A DNA stretch of 64,000 nt from Bacteroidota bacterium. GTDB lineage: Bacteria > Bacteroidota > Ignavibacteria > UBA10030. Positions 1 to 9,800 of the stretch are shown here, one piece after another; the stretch's first letter is position 1; every line of letters starts with the position of its first letter. The stretch is taken from NCBI GenBank assembly GCA_035390885.1, contig DAOOUW010000007.1, positions 84-64,083 of the forward strand, written 5' to 3'. Made by a program: the position numbers and the translations under genes. The notes below the pieces were generated by a model, which saw nothing but the letters and a program-made list of their open reading frames with translations, did not search any database and was not told the origin of the DNA.

Positions 1-332
1 TTTCATCCCTGTGGCAAGCCACAGGGAATCCCAAGTTAAAATTAGTACAATTAAAATGCAACGAGATATTTAAAATCCGCATCCCATAATCGTTTTTCAA
101 GAGCTTCGATTTTTTCCATCATTGTTATGAATTTATGCATAATTTTTGCCGTTTCCGATATGTCCAAGAAATGGACGCGTTATTTCAACGTGTCCAAATA
201 GTGATATAATATGGACACGTTATTTTATAAGTCAAGCATTCAGTTTCTTGTTTAATCCCAGAATATGTAATAGAGAAGAAAGAAGTAGTCCAAAGAGGAA
301 AATTTTGAGAAAAAAAGTAACTACAAGGCAGT

Positions 333-412
333 GGATTCAATGCGGACTATCGCTACCTCAGCCATCTTCAGGGGAACAGTTGCTGAGATGCCGTAAGGCA
401 AATCAAAGCAAC
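333..412 (+). repeat. Structured intergenic repeat, copy D (most diverged of four copies)
   Basis: About 80 nt aligns with 44399-44478, 55899-55980 and the reverse complement of 48115-48196. Shared blocks are ACTATCGCT, CTCAGCC and GTTGCYGAG..GCCGTAAGGC..RAGCAAC. The 146..421 ORF is just a translation of this element. Confidence 0.6.
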
Positions 413-537
413 CATTTTTGAAGGCATTGCATATAGAAACAGGATTAAAATTTTTCCCTTTCAACAGCGAGCTCATAGGTTTCAAGGCCGCTTTTACCTT
501 TGCTATTTTCTACTTTATATAATGAGGCAATCTAAAT

Positions 538-1230
538 TTATCTCGCAGGAGATTCTTTATCGGCGTCTGGCATTTCAGTTCCATGGTGCTTCACAATTCG
601 CGCTTTCGTCAGAAAAATAATTTCTTCTGCAATATTTGTTGATAGATCCGCCACACGTTCGACATTTCTGCTGATACGAATAAACTCCAGCGCCGCTTCG
701 ATGCACGACGGATTTTCTTTGACAAGTTGAATGACTCTTCGCGTTACCGCTCTATTCATTTCATCGATTGTATCATCGGCAACTAAGACGTTGTTGGCAA
801 GGACTGCATCCAGTAAAATAAAACCATCGAGAGCGTCTTTAAGCATGGTTCGCGTCAATTTTGCCATTTCGATGATTTCCGGGAATAATTCAACTTGCTC
901 AAATTTTTCGAGATTGAGCGCCGATTGGGCAATGTTGACAGCGTGGTCGCTAATACGCTCGAGATCATTGTTAATCTTTTGTGCGGCAATAATCAATCGT
1001 AAATCACGCGCGACTGGTTGTTGAAGCGCCAGCAAATCCAAGATGGTATTATCAATTTCAATTTCAAGCGCATCAACTCGCTTATCGGTTGTAATGACAG
1101 ACATCGCTAATTCTTCATCCCGATTTTCTACTGACTTCATTCCTGAAGAAAAATTTTCTTCAACCATGCTTCCCATTTTAATTAGCAAGGTTTTCAAAGT
1201 TTCTAATTCCTTTTGAAAGTGTCGTTCCAT
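538..1230 (-). CDS. phoU: Phosphate signalling/transport regulator PhoU
   Basis: 230 aa with two-repeat PhoU helical architecture (DxxVD.., ERIxDHAxNIA / ERVADLSTNIAE). Last gene after pstSCAB. Confidence 0.9.
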   Translation of the reverse strand: MERHFQKELETLKTLLIKMGSMVEENFSSGMKSVENRDEELAMSVITTDKRVDALEIEIDNTILDLLALQQPVARDLRLIIAAQKINNDLERISDHAVNIAQSALNLEKFEQVELFPEIIEMAKLTRTMLKDALDGFILLDAVLANNVLVADDTIDEMNRAVTRRVIQLVKENPSCIEAALEFIRISRNVERVADLSTNIAEEIIFLTKARIVKHHGTEMPDADKESPAR

Positions 1231-1238
1231 CTCATCTC

Positions 1239-2066
1239 CTATCCGAATCTTCCCGTAATATATTCTTCTGTTTCTTTTTTGTTTGGATTCGTAAATATTG
1301 TTCGCGTCGCATCGTACTCAATTAACTCTCCCATATAGAGGAATGCTGTAAAGTCGCTGACTCGTGCAGCTTGCTGCATATTGTGCGTAACAATTACGAT
1401 TGTGTAGTTTTTCTTTAATTCATAGATCAATTCTTCGATTTTAGCAGTCGAGATCGGATCGAGAGCGCTTGCTGGTTCATCCATTAGCAGTACTTCCGGA
1501 TTTACCGCAAGGGCTCGCGCAATGCAGAGGCGCTGTTGCTGTCCACCCGAGAGACTCATGCCGCTTTTCGAGAGCGAATCTTTCACTTCATTCCACAACG
1601 CCGCCTGTCGCAAACTTTGTTCTACAATTTCTTCGATATTCTTTTTGCTATGGACGCCATTCATCCGCAAACCTGCCGCAACATTATCGAACACAGACAT
1701 TGTCGGAAATGGATTTGGCTTCTGAAAAACCATTCCAATACGGCGGCGAACAAGTACCGCATCCATTTCGTAAACATCCTTTCCATCGAGTAATATTTTA
1801 CCGCTTACACGCGCCTTCGGAATAGTCTCATGCATGCGATTGATGGTTCGAAGGAACGTTGATTTACCGCATCCCGATGGACCAATAATTGCAACAACAG
1901 AATGTTCTGGGATTTCCATAGAAATATTTTTAATCGCCTGAACATTTCCAAACCATGCCGAAACATCGCTTGCAATTATTTTACTTTCGTGAACGGAAAT
2001 ATCTTTCTTCATTGATATGAGCTCTGAATCAATTTTTATTTGTGGCACATATTCCTCTGCTATCAT
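1239..2066 (-). CDS. pstB: Phosphate ABC transporter ATP-binding protein PstB
   Basis: Walker [10 protein letters not shown], signature LSGGQQQR, Walker B LLMDEP. The start is taken at the internal ATG (2066), which forms an ATGA overlap with the pstA stop. The track ORF runs to 2171 but that extension overlaps pstA. Confidence 0.9.
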   Translation of the reverse strand: MIAEEYVPQIKIDSELISMKKDISVHESKIIASDVSAWFGNVQAIKNISMEIPEHSVVAIIGPSGCGKSTFLRTINRMHETIPKARVSGKILLDGKDVYEMDAVLVRRRIGMVFQKPNPFPTMSVFDNVAAGLRMNGVHSKKNIEEIVEQSLRQAALWNEVKDSLSKSGMSLSGGQQQRLCIARALAVNPEVLLMDEPASALDPISTAKIEELIYELKKNYTIVIVTHNMQQAARVSDFTAFLYMGELIEYDATRTIFTNPNKKETEEYITGRFG

Positions 2067-2914
2067 TGATTTCCTTTCATCCGATTGAGTGTAATAGTTC
2101 GCATTCCAATATTGACAAGAAGAATCATTACTATCAATACTAACGCTCCTCCCCACGCTTGTTGAACCCATTCCTCGAAAGGCGAAACACCATAGTTGTA
2201 AATGAATACCGTCAGTGAAGCAATGGGCTGATTAAGCGATGTATGCCAAAACCGATTATTCAATGCAGTGAACAGGAGCGGAGCGGTTTCCCCGGCTGCA
2301 CGTGCAATCGAAAGGAGAATGCCTGTAACGACTCCTGGTAATGCAGTACGAAGAACGATCCGCAACGTCATTTTCCATCGAGAGATTCCTAATGCAAGCG
2401 CTGCTTCACGGAGAGATGTTGGCACAAGTTTGAGCATTTCTTCTGTTGTACGAGTTACTGTGGGAATCATTAGAATTCCGAGCGCAACGCCGCCTGCATA
2501 AGCTGAGAAATGTTTCATTGGAATTACAATGAGCGTGTAGGCAACTACTCCAGCCACGATGGATGGAATTCCACTGAGCACGTCGGTCAAAAAGCGAACT
2601 ATCTGTCCAACAAAATTATTTCCATATTCAGATAAAAATATTCCTGCAAAGATTCCAATCGGGAGACTGATGCAACTCCCAATTCCAACAAGAATAAGCG
2701 TTCCGATGATTGCATTTGCTAAACCACCGCCCGACTCGCCTACTGGCTTTGGAAGTTTTGTAAAAAAATCGACGTTCACTGCGCTTATTCCTAAAGATAC
2801 GGTATGATAGAAGATCAAGAATAACGGAATGAGTGCGATAACGACACTGAAAGCACATAAGATAAACATGAAGGAGCTGAAATAACGCCGAAGATAATAT
2901 CGAATCATACTCAT
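2063..2914 (-). CDS. pstA: Phosphate ABC transporter permease PstA
   Basis: 283-aa multi-TM permease with an EAA-type loop ([13 protein letters not shown]). Lies between pstC and pstB with overlapping stops and starts. Confidence 0.9.
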   Translation of the reverse strand: MSMIRYYLRRYFSSFMFILCAFSVVIALIPLFLIFYHTVSLGISAVNVDFFTKLPKPVGESGGGLANAIIGTLILVGIGSCISLPIGIFAGIFLSEYGNNFVGQIVRFLTDVLSGIPSIVAGVVAYTLIVIPMKHFSAYAGGVALGILMIPTVTRTTEEMLKLVPTSLREAALALGISRWKMTLRIVLRTALPGVVTGILLSIARAAGETAPLLFTALNNRFWHTSLNQPIASLTVFIYNYGVSPFEEWVQQAWGGALVLIVMILLVNIGMRTITLNRMKGNQ

Positions 2915-3864
2915 AATCGTACATCCTTTGAATTTCTTGTCATACTCCAGAGCAACAACCGAGCTATTGAATTGATAATAAGTGTGATCACAAATAGAAC
3001 AAGTGCAATTTCAATTAGGGCGCTGATGTACATTTCCGATGTTGCTTCAGTAAATTCATTTGCGAGTACGCTTGCCATTGTGTAGCCTGGTTCGAAAAGC
3101 GAAATCGAAATAGTCGGGCGATTCCCGATTACCATTGTAACCGCCATTGTTTCGCCAAGCGCGCGACCAATGCCAAGAATGATGGCGCCAAGGATTCCTG
3201 AGCGTCCATATGAAAGTGCGATACGAGTTGCCTGCCATCGCGTTGCGCCAAGCGCAAGAGCGGCTTCATACTGAGTACGAGGAACTGCTCGAAGTACATC
3301 TCGCGAAATAGACGCAATGATTGGCAAAATCATGATTGCTAAAATAAATCCTGCCGCCAACATTCCAATACCATAAGGCGGTCCTTCGAAGAATGGAAGA
3401 AAATTCCAATGTTCGGAAAGCCACGGTTGGAACGATGTTCGCAACCATGGAACCATTACAAAGAATCCCCACAAACCATACACAATACTCGGAATCGCTG
3501 CAAGTAATTCCACAAAGAACGACAGCGGCTGTTCCAACCAGCCTGGCGCGACTTCTGAAAGAAAAATTGCGATTCCAAGACTTAGTGGAACCGCAAGAAT
3601 AACTGCAAGAGCTGTTGAAACAACCGTTCCGTAAATAAATGGCAAAGCGCCATATTCATCAAGCACTGGATCCCAAACACTATGAAGAAAAAATCCAAAC
3701 CCAAATTTTTCTCGCGTCAATGTTGATGACCTGTACATTTCATAAAACATTACAACAACCAAAACAAGAATGAGAAGCGCAAAGAACAAAGTGATGACAT
3801 AAAAAATACTGTCGCCAAGGTTTCGATTTCTGCTTAATCTTTTTGTACGAAGAGATAAATCCAT
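2911..3864 (-). CDS. pstC: Phosphate ABC transporter permease PstC
   Basis: 317-aa permease with EAALALGATRWQ loop. 4-nt overlap with pstA. Confidence 0.9.
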   Translation of the reverse strand: MDLSLRTKRLSRNRNLGDSIFYVITLFFALLILVLVVVMFYEMYRSSTLTREKFGFGFFLHSVWDPVLDEYGALPFIYGTVVSTALAVILAVPLSLGIAIFLSEVAPGWLEQPLSFFVELLAAIPSIVYGLWGFFVMVPWLRTSFQPWLSEHWNFLPFFEGPPYGIGMLAAGFILAIMILPIIASISRDVLRAVPRTQYEAALALGATRWQATRIALSYGRSGILGAIILGIGRALGETMAVTMVIGNRPTISISLFEPGYTMASVLANEFTEATSEMYISALIEIALVLFVITLIINSIARLLLWSMTRNSKDVRL

Positions 3865-3944
3865 TCTTCAATTCCTCTATTACAAATCAACAGGGCAGAC
3901 ATTGACGATGCACAATCAATGCCTGCCAAGCAATTTTTCTACGA

Positions 3945-4970
3945 CTACTTTGTTCCTAATGGTTTAATTTTTTCAAGACATAACTTTGAAACTTCTTTTG
4001 GCAAAGGGGCATAGTATAAATCCGCAGCATACATTTGGCCTTCTGTCAATGCCCACTGCAAGAACTCTTTTAGAATTTTTGCTTTCGCCTTGTCCTTATT
4101 ATTTTCGTACACAAGCAACCACGTATATCCGCTAATTGGATAGGAATCTTTTCCCGAAGAGTTTGTAATCGAAACCCGAAAATCTTCTGGCATGGATTTC
4201 GATTCATACATTGCTGCTTTTGTGACAGACTCAAGCGATGGTTTCACAAAATTTCCTTCTTTATTTTTTATCGTTGCATAGGGCAATGAATTTTTCACGG
4301 CATAAGCAAGTTCGACATAACCAATTGAACCATCCATTTGTTTTACCGTTCCTGTAACGCCTTCATTTCCTTTTCCACCAAGCCCTACAGGCCAGTTTAC
4401 CGATGTTCCTTTGCCAACTTTTGTATTCCACTCGCTGCTGACTTTGCAAAGGTAATCAACGAATATGTACGTCGTTCCACTTCCATCCGAACGATGCACA
4501 ACAATAATCGGCTTCGATGGCAAAGAGACGTTTGGATTGAGACTTTTAATACGAGGATCATCCCATTTAGTAATTTTTCCCAAAAATATATCGGCAATGA
4601 CATCGGACGTTAGTTTAAGATCGGCGCCAACTTCAGGAAGATTATATGTAGCAACAACAGCTCCAAGCACTGTTGGAATATGAAGTATGTTCGAACCTTG
4701 TTTGCGCTGTGCTTCTGCAAGTTGTTCGTCGGTCATTGGTCCATCCGTCGCTCCAAAATCAACAGTTCCTTCGATCATCTGTCGGATACCGCCGCCGCTT
4801 CCAATTGATTGATAGTTAATTTGAATTCCTGTTTTCTGCTTATAGACATCGAACCACTTTGAATAAATTACGTACGGAAATGTTGCGCCTGCGCCATTAA
4901 GTTGCATTTGGGCAAGGCTTGTTCCAAAAATCATTCCGCAGAGTAAAAGTGAACTTAGAATCTTTTTCAT
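3945..4970 (-). CDS. pstS: Phosphate-binding protein PstS
   Basis: PstS-type periplasmic binding protein (GAGATFPYVIYSKW.., SDGSGTTYIF). Signal peptide MKKILSSLLLCGMIFGTSLAQ. The start at 4970 follows AAGGAGAAAATAACA; the track ORF extends to 4997. Confidence 0.85.
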   Translation of the reverse strand: MKKILSSLLLCGMIFGTSLAQMQLNGAGATFPYVIYSKWFDVYKQKTGIQINYQSIGSGGGIRQMIEGTVDFGATDGPMTDEQLAEAQRKQGSNILHIPTVLGAVVATYNLPEVGADLKLTSDVIADIFLGKITKWDDPRIKSLNPNVSLPSKPIIVVHRSDGSGTTYIFVDYLCKVSSEWNTKVGKGTSVNWPVGLGGKGNEGVTGTVKQMDGSIGYVELAYAVKNSLPYATIKNKEGNFVKPSLESVTKAAMYESKSMPEDFRVSITNSSGKDSYPISGYTWLLVYENNKDKAKAKILKEFLQWALTEGQMYAADLYYAPLPKEVSKLCLEKIKPLGTK

Positions 4971-4996
4971 TGTTATTTTCTCCTTGGTTGTTTTCA

Positions 4997-6067
4997 TTAT
5001 AGAAAAATGTAATAGAATGTTGCACGCAGCGTCAGCGCCGATTTCGGCGTAACGCCAGAAGGAAGTTTTTCATAGGTTTCATAAATAACGTTCGGCGTCA
5101 TCGAAAAATTCTTATCGGCTTTGTATGATAGTCCGGCAAGGAAATACATTCGTTTATCTCCCTTTGCCGATGATGCTGTATTTGGATCATAATAATCATA
5201 TCGCGCAACAGCTTCTAACGAAGTCGAAATTGTGGCTGCGCCAAAGAGCGAAAAACCTTCAGCATCTTTCGACACAAGCGATGAACCATTATTGTACTCG
5301 TGCGCTATTGATTGCAGAAACACTTCGCCTCCAACACGGAATTTATCTTTCTGCGAATATCCTGCAAAGAGAGCGTAAGTCGTTAAATCATTTGATACAG
5401 ACGATATTGTGTTATAGGGATTCGTTTTTTTAGCGCGTGCATTATAATCGACATACGCAGTAGCAGTTAAACCTTTCATTGGCTGAGTTGCGAGTGAAAG
5501 GTACATTCTTTTGAACTTATCATTTTCTGGTTTATTCCCGTTTCCATTTCCAAGCATAATCCAATATGAAAGAACTTTATTGGGAAGAATCGAGCCGCGA
5601 AGCGACATTGCAATATCTCTTGAGCTTACAATACCACGCAAATCAAGAATTGTTTTTTCAAGAGAGCGATAGCCCCAAAAATTTTCTGAAACCTCAAAAG
5701 CTGGCGTCGGTTGAATTCCAAAATAAAAATCACTTCCAGTAAAAATATTCGACCATTTGATTGATGCATCTTTGACCATTACTCCTACAGCGCCGTTCGA
5801 TGCATTTGCAGATTGGTCGGCTTCCAGCCGAAATCGTGCAGAAAATTTTTGACTTATCGTATTATCGTAGGTAAAATAGATTCTACGAAACTGGAAAGCC
5901 TGAAATGAAGTTCCGCCAGCTGGGCTTGCAACATTCGATAATGAATTACCATCTCGGGTAACATTGTAGTAGTAATCGCCAAACATATATCCAGAAAATT
6001 TTCCTTGCGAATATCCAACTATCGCAAAAAGAACTAAAGCGCCTGTTAAAATTACCATTCTCTTCAT
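4997..6067 (-). CDS. Outer-membrane beta-barrel porin, probably phosphate-selective (OprO/P-like)
   Basis: Signal peptide MKRMVILTGALVLFAIVGYSQ, alternating beta-strand pattern and C-terminal aromatic (..TFYYIFL). First gene of the pst operon. The start at 6067 follows AAGGAGAATAATTTT. Confidence 0.55.
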   Translation of the reverse strand: MKRMVILTGALVLFAIVGYSQGKFSGYMFGDYYYNVTRDGNSLSNVASPAGGTSFQAFQFRRIYFTYDNTISQKFSARFRLEADQSANASNGAVGVMVKDASIKWSNIFTGSDFYFGIQPTPAFEVSENFWGYRSLEKTILDLRGIVSSRDIAMSLRGSILPNKVLSYWIMLGNGNGNKPENDKFKRMYLSLATQPMKGLTATAYVDYNARAKKTNPYNTISSVSNDLTTYALFAGYSQKDKFRVGGEVFLQSIAHEYNNGSSLVSKDAEGFSLFGAATISTSLEAVARYDYYDPNTASSAKGDKRMYFLAGLSYKADKNFSMTPNVIYETYEKLPSGVTPKSALTLRATFYYIFL

Positions 6068-6120
6068 AAAATTATTCTCCTTATGAATTGTTAAATAATA
6101 TGAATTAGACATTACTTGAC

Positions 6121-6149
6121 TGTTAATGCTGTGTTAAGAAATTGTTAAG
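6121..6149 (-). promoter_or_regulatory. Putative Pho box: three TTAACA direct repeats at exact 11-bp spacing
   Basis: On the plus strand, TGTTAA occurs at 6121, 6132 and 6143 (TGTTAATgctgTGTTAAGaaatTGTTAAG). On the coding strand this reads TTAACA-N5 three times. It lies 54-82 nt upstream of the porin ATG, with a TAATGT -10-like hexamer just downstream. Confidence 0.5.
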
Positions 6150-6150
6150 A

Positions 6151-6315
6151 CTACAACACTACATAGAGAAAAGCCACAATGATACACGAACCAAAGAGCA
6201 AGAAGAAGAACTCGGCATTCGAAATTGGCTTAGTAACATCAGAGCTTTCATTCTCAGGAATGCATCGTTCCACCAGATGGAAGATAAAATTGTGTAATGA
6301 TTCGCGGCGTTTCAC
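6151..6315 (-). CDS. Candidate small membrane protein (54 aa, GTG start), below the ORF-track cutoff
   Basis: Hand translation: (M)KRRESLHNFIFHLVERCIPENESSDVTKPISNAEFFFLLFGSCIIVAFLYVVL*. AAGGA lies 6 nt upstream and the C-terminus is a hydrophobic helix. Confidence 0.2.
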   Translation of the reverse strand: MKRRESLHNFIFHLVERCIPENESSDVTKPISNAEFFFLLFGSCIIVAFLYVVL

Positions 6316-6342
6316 ACTTCATTCCTTTATTCTCTAAACAGT

Positions 6343-6492
6343 TCACTGACTCAATCGGATGATGAGTCCAAATATGGAAAGAGCAAACAGAACCAGCGAT
6401 AGAAGAATTCCAAATTGTGGCTTGGTCAATTGTTTGTAATCTGGAACACTCAAATCATTGAATAAGAAACTTCTTACTAAAAATTGCAGCAT
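6343..6492 (-). CDS. Candidate small membrane protein (49 aa), below the ORF-track cutoff
   Basis: Hand translation: MLQFLVRSFLFNDLSVPDYKQLTKPQFGILLSLVLFALSIFGLIIRLSQ*. Preceded by AAAGGAGAAAATAT. C-terminal TM helix like the neighbouring small ORF. Confidence 0.3.
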   Translation of the reverse strand: MLQFLVRSFLFNDLSVPDYKQLTKPQFGILLSLVLFALSIFGLIIRLSQ

Positions 6493-6620
6493 ATATTTTC
6501 TCCTTTAATTTTGTTGAGAACAATGTACAGGAATGGTGTGAAGTAAGAATTAACGGAATGTAAAGAAACGGTAAACTGTTTCGTGTAGAACTAAAAGGAA
6601 GAAAAATTTAGAAATGGAAA

Positions 6621-8054
6621 CTACTTCTTAAGCGAAAAAGAGAACGTCGAACCTTTTCCAACTTCGCTCGTAACAATCACTTTGCTACTGTGCGCCTCGA
6701 TGATGTGCTTGACAATCGAAAGGCCGAGTCCGGTGCCGCCTGCTTCACGCGATCGTTCTTTATCAACACGATAGAATCGCTCGAAGATTCTCTCGATGTG
6801 TTCTTCTGGAATTCCAATGCCGGTATCGATCACCTCAATATTGACTGCATCCCCTTTATCACGACTAACGATGCGCACTGAACCATTTGGTTGCGTATAC
6901 TTAATAGCATTATCAACAAGATTTCTGAGCGCTTGCCCAAGTCGTTCTTTATCTCCATAAACTTCCTGATTCCTATCAACTCCATCGTAATCAACCGATA
7001 AGGAAATATTCTTCATTTGTGCCTGCGAGCGAAATTCCTCTGCAACGCTCTCGATTAAATCGCCAATTCGGAAATATCGAAAGCTCATCCTCATTTCACC
7101 AGATTCAATCCGTGAAATTTCAATTAAATCTCCTAAAAGAGTATTGAGTCGCAGAGCATTCCCATAGGCTTTCTCGATAAATTCACGGTTCACATTTGGA
7201 TCATCAAGAGCGCCATCGAGCAAAGTTTCCAGATATCCTTGAAGCATAAAAATTGGCGTACGAAGTTCGTGCGAGACATTTCCAAGAAATTCGCTCCGAA
7301 CTCTTTCAAGCTTCTTCAATCTTACGATATCATCTTTCAATTGGCTAACCATTGAATTGATCGCCTGAGCAACCTGTCCAATTTCATCTTTATTCGGTAT
7401 ATCAATTTTTTGGTCAAGATTTCCGTTTTGAATTTCACGAACAGCTTTATTGATATCGATCAATGGCTTTGAGATATTTCGAGAAATACCAATACTTGCC
7501 AATATCATCAGAATCATAACGGCAATTCCTACCAGCAAAATTTCTTTACTAATTTCCGAAATTGCCTTCTGCATTTCAGTCAATGGAATACTAAGTCGCA
7601 AATACTCAGCATTTTCTAATAAGCCATGTTTCTGTGCAGGTTCGATTCTCTGGGCAAAATAAAGGTAAGAGTGATGAACGGTATTACTAACGCGAATATC
7701 TGTTCCGCTTCCGAGCTTCGATGCTTTCTCAATTTCTGGTCGGTGTAAATGTGTTTCAACTTCTGAGAGATGTTCTGGCTGTACTTCTGAATCATAGAGA
7801 ACTTTACCATCGCGAGCAATGATAGTGATACGGAACTTCCCAGCGTCGGCTATAATTTTAGCAAAGGAAATGTCGCTTCCGCTTTCGCGTTCAAATGCAG
7901 CTAAAACTACTTTCAATTGAAGTTCCAGATGATTGACAAACCATTTCTGAAAATATGCCTCTATTTCGTATTGAACCAACCAGCCCATTACAAACAACGT
8001 TGCAAAAGTCAAAGCAAGGAACACAATTAAAAATTTTGTCCGAATATGCTTCAT
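6621..8054 (-). CDS. phoR: Phosphate regulon sensor histidine kinase PhoR-like
   Basis: Two TM segments, HAMP, H-box SEFLGNVSHELRTP, N/G boxes (DNAIKY, DTGIGI, GGTGLGLSIV). Overlaps phoB by 4 nt. Confidence 0.85.
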   Translation of the reverse strand: MKHIRTKFLIVFLALTFATLFVMGWLVQYEIEAYFQKWFVNHLELQLKVVLAAFERESGSDISFAKIIADAGKFRITIIARDGKVLYDSEVQPEHLSEVETHLHRPEIEKASKLGSGTDIRVSNTVHHSYLYFAQRIEPAQKHGLLENAEYLRLSIPLTEMQKAISEISKEILLVGIAVMILMILASIGISRNISKPLIDINKAVREIQNGNLDQKIDIPNKDEIGQVAQAINSMVSQLKDDIVRLKKLERVRSEFLGNVSHELRTPIFMLQGYLETLLDGALDDPNVNREFIEKAYGNALRLNTLLGDLIEISRIESGEMRMSFRYFRIGDLIESVAEEFRSQAQMKNISLSVDYDGVDRNQEVYGDKERLGQALRNLVDNAIKYTQPNGSVRIVSRDKGDAVNIEVIDTGIGIPEEHIERIFERFYRVDKERSREAGGTGLGLSIVKHIIEAHSSKVIVTSEVGKGSTFSFSLKK

Positions 8055-8743
8055 ACTTCTACCGCTAAACGATACCCGACGCCTTTGACGGTTTCTATCA
8101 TCGAGCTGTGTTTGCCAAGCTTCTCTCGAATCTTACGAATATGAACATCGATCGTTCTATCGACGACATATACATCTTTTCCCCAAATATTACTCAGAAG
8201 TTCTTCACGCATAACAACTCTATTTTGATTTCGCGCAAGATAGGCAAGTAATTCAAATTCCTTTTTAGGGAAGAAGATATCTTTTCCATCAATGGTTACG
8301 GTATAATTTGCAACATTTATTTTGATCGAAGGCAATGTTAGAATTTCTTCCTGATTATTTCTTTTACCGTTGTCTTCAGTACGTCGAAAGATGGCTTTGA
8401 TTCGAGCGACAAGTTTGCGGGGACTAATCGGCTTAACGATATAATCATCAGCGCCTAATTCAAGTCCCAACACTTCATCGACCTCCAACCCTTTCGCCGT
8501 TAAAAACAAAACTGGAATATGTTCCGTTTCTTTTGACCGCTTCAGTTCACGCAATACATCCCAACCATTCATCTCCGGCATCATGACATCGAGCACAATT
8601 AAATCAGGTTTGGATTTTGCTTTTTCCAGCGCCAATAATCCATTCTGAGCAACTTCTACTGTAAATCCTTCCTGTTCGAGGTTATATTTTAATAACTTTG
8701 TAATATCCGGTTCATCATCAACAACTAAAATTTTTTTCTCCAT
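8051..8743 (-). CDS. phoB: OmpR-family response regulator PhoB-like
   Basis: Receiver domain (DDEPDI.., LDVMMP, K in LTAKG) plus a winged-helix trans_reg_C domain (..VDVHIRKIREKL..VKGVGYRL). Confidence 0.9.
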   Translation of the reverse strand: MEKKILVVDDEPDITKLLKYNLEQEGFTVEVAQNGLLALEKAKSKPDLIVLDVMMPEMNGWDVLRELKRSKETEHIPVLFLTAKGLEVDEVLGLELGADDYIVKPISPRKLVARIKAIFRRTEDNGKRNNQEEILTLPSIKINVANYTVTIDGKDIFFPKKEFELLAYLARNQNRVVMREELLSNIWGKDVYVVDRTIDVHIRKIREKLGKHSSMIETVKGVGYRLAVEV

Positions 8744-8801
8744 AGAACCTCATTTCCTGATGGGACTCTTTTACAAGATAGGAAAAAATGTATTGAGAGA
8801 A

Positions 8802-8830
8802 AGTAATAAGGATATTAAGAAATTGTAAAA
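8802..8830 (-). promoter_or_regulatory. Degenerate Pho-box-like repeats upstream of phoB
   Basis: AGTAATA (8802), TATTAAG (8813) and TGTAAAA (8824) occur at 11-bp spacing, 59-87 nt upstream of the phoB ATG. The segment TTAAGAAATTGT is shared with the box at 6121-6149. Confidence 0.3.
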
Positions 8831-8847
8831 TATCGATTGGCAATAAA

Positions 8848-8916
8848 AACCCCACGGCCAGGGGAAAACCGTGGGGTTCGGGGGATTTAACCTACGGCCA
8901 CTACCAAACCGTAGGT
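8848..8916. repeat. Two tandem GC-rich hairpins with the same architecture
   Basis: AACCCCACGG-CCAGGGGAAAA-CCGTGGGGTT and AACCTACGG-CCACTACCAAA-CCGTAGGT. Stems differ by compensatory changes and the loops are both 11 nt (CCA..AAA). Located in the phoB/bshB divergent intergenic region. Confidence 0.5.
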
Positions 8917-9068
8917 GTGGGTATTACAATTATAACACATATCAATAATTTTGTCAAGGGTTTATTTATTTTCGCAAGAAATTCCACCAAATATTTTATC
9001 AATCACTTGCCTGAATAAAAAAGAATGTCTATTCTTACGTATCATTATTACAAAAAGAAAGGATAGCT

Positions 9069-9797
9069 ATGAGCATAGATGTACTGGCGTTCGGCGCGCA
9101 CCCCGACGACTTAGAATTAGGATGCGGCGGAACAATTGCAAAATTAGTTCAACAAGGTTATCGTGTTGTACTTTGCGAACTTACGAGAGGTGAAATGGGA
9201 ACACGGGGCTCAAAGGCAATTCGTACAAGAGAGGCTAAACTCGCTGCAGAAATTCTAGGCGTTGTCGATCGTAGAAATTTAGAGCTTCCTGATGGCAACA
9301 TAGAAGTATCACGGAAAAACATACTTAAGCTTGTTACACTCATCCGAGAGCTTCGTCCATCATTACTGCTCATTCCGTATGGCATCGAACGACATCCAGA
9401 CCACATTCACACACACCAACTTTGTAAAGAGGCATGGTACTATAGCGGTTTAGAAAAACTCAAAACAAAGGCGCACGGAATCGAACAGAAACGACATCGG
9501 CCTCATCACTATTTCGAATATCTCCAATGGTACGAATTTGAACCAAGTTTCATCGTTGATATTTCTGACACTTTCAAAATTAAGATGGATGCAATTCGCT
9601 CTCACAGCTCACAATTCTATAATCCAAAGAGCAAAGAACCTGAGACAAAATTGAGTAAACCGGAATTTCTTGAAATTATCGAGACGCGATGTCGCTACTA
9701 TGGCTCGAAAATCGGAGTTCAATACGGCGAACCAGTGATGTCGCCTTTTGCTCTTGGCATCGAAAATATTTTTAACATCAAAATAATTCAAGGATAA
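9069..9797 (+). CDS. bshB1: LmbE/PIG-L family N-acetylglucosaminyl deacetylase, BshB1-like (bacillithiol biosynthesis)
   Basis: N-terminal AHPDDLELGCGGTIAK motif, HPDH motif, 242 aa. Confidence 0.7.
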   Translation: MSIDVLAFGAHPDDLELGCGGTIAKLVQQGYRVVLCELTRGEMGTRGSKAIRTREAKLAAEILGVVDRRNLELPDGNIEVSRKNILKLVTLIRELRPSLLLIPYGIERHPDHIHTHQLCKEAWYYSGLEKLKTKAHGIEQKRHRPHHYFEYLQWYEFEPSFIVDISDTFKIKMDAIRSHSSQFYNPKSKEPETKLSKPEFLEIIETRCRYYGSKIGVQYGEPVMSPFALGIENIFNIKIIQG

Positions 9798-9800
9798 AAA

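Noticed and set aside
333-412. Repeat core as a known riboswitch (TPP because of GCUGAGA in copy D, c-di-GMP because of the pilus/secretion context)
   Set aside because: The UGAGA is not conserved in the other three copies (GCCGAGG). The conserved GEMM, TPP, glycine and ykkC signature segments that I know are absent. The mixed orientation relative to neighbouring genes also argues against a simple 5' riboswitch.
146-421. 91-aa plus-strand ORF at the window start
   Set aside because: It overlaps repeat copy D and has no ribosome-binding site or recognisable domain. Its sequence is explained by translating the structured repeat.
1239-2171. Long 310-aa version of pstB
   Set aside because: The extra 35 N-terminal residues overlap the pstA 3' end and resemble nothing in PstB. 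The internal ATG at 2066 gives the usual ATGA stop/start coupling.
8951-9193. 80-aa plus ORF upstream of, and overlapping, bshB
   Set aside because: It overlaps the well-supported BshB start (AAAGGATAGCT ATG at 9069) in another frame and has a basic, low-complexity composition.
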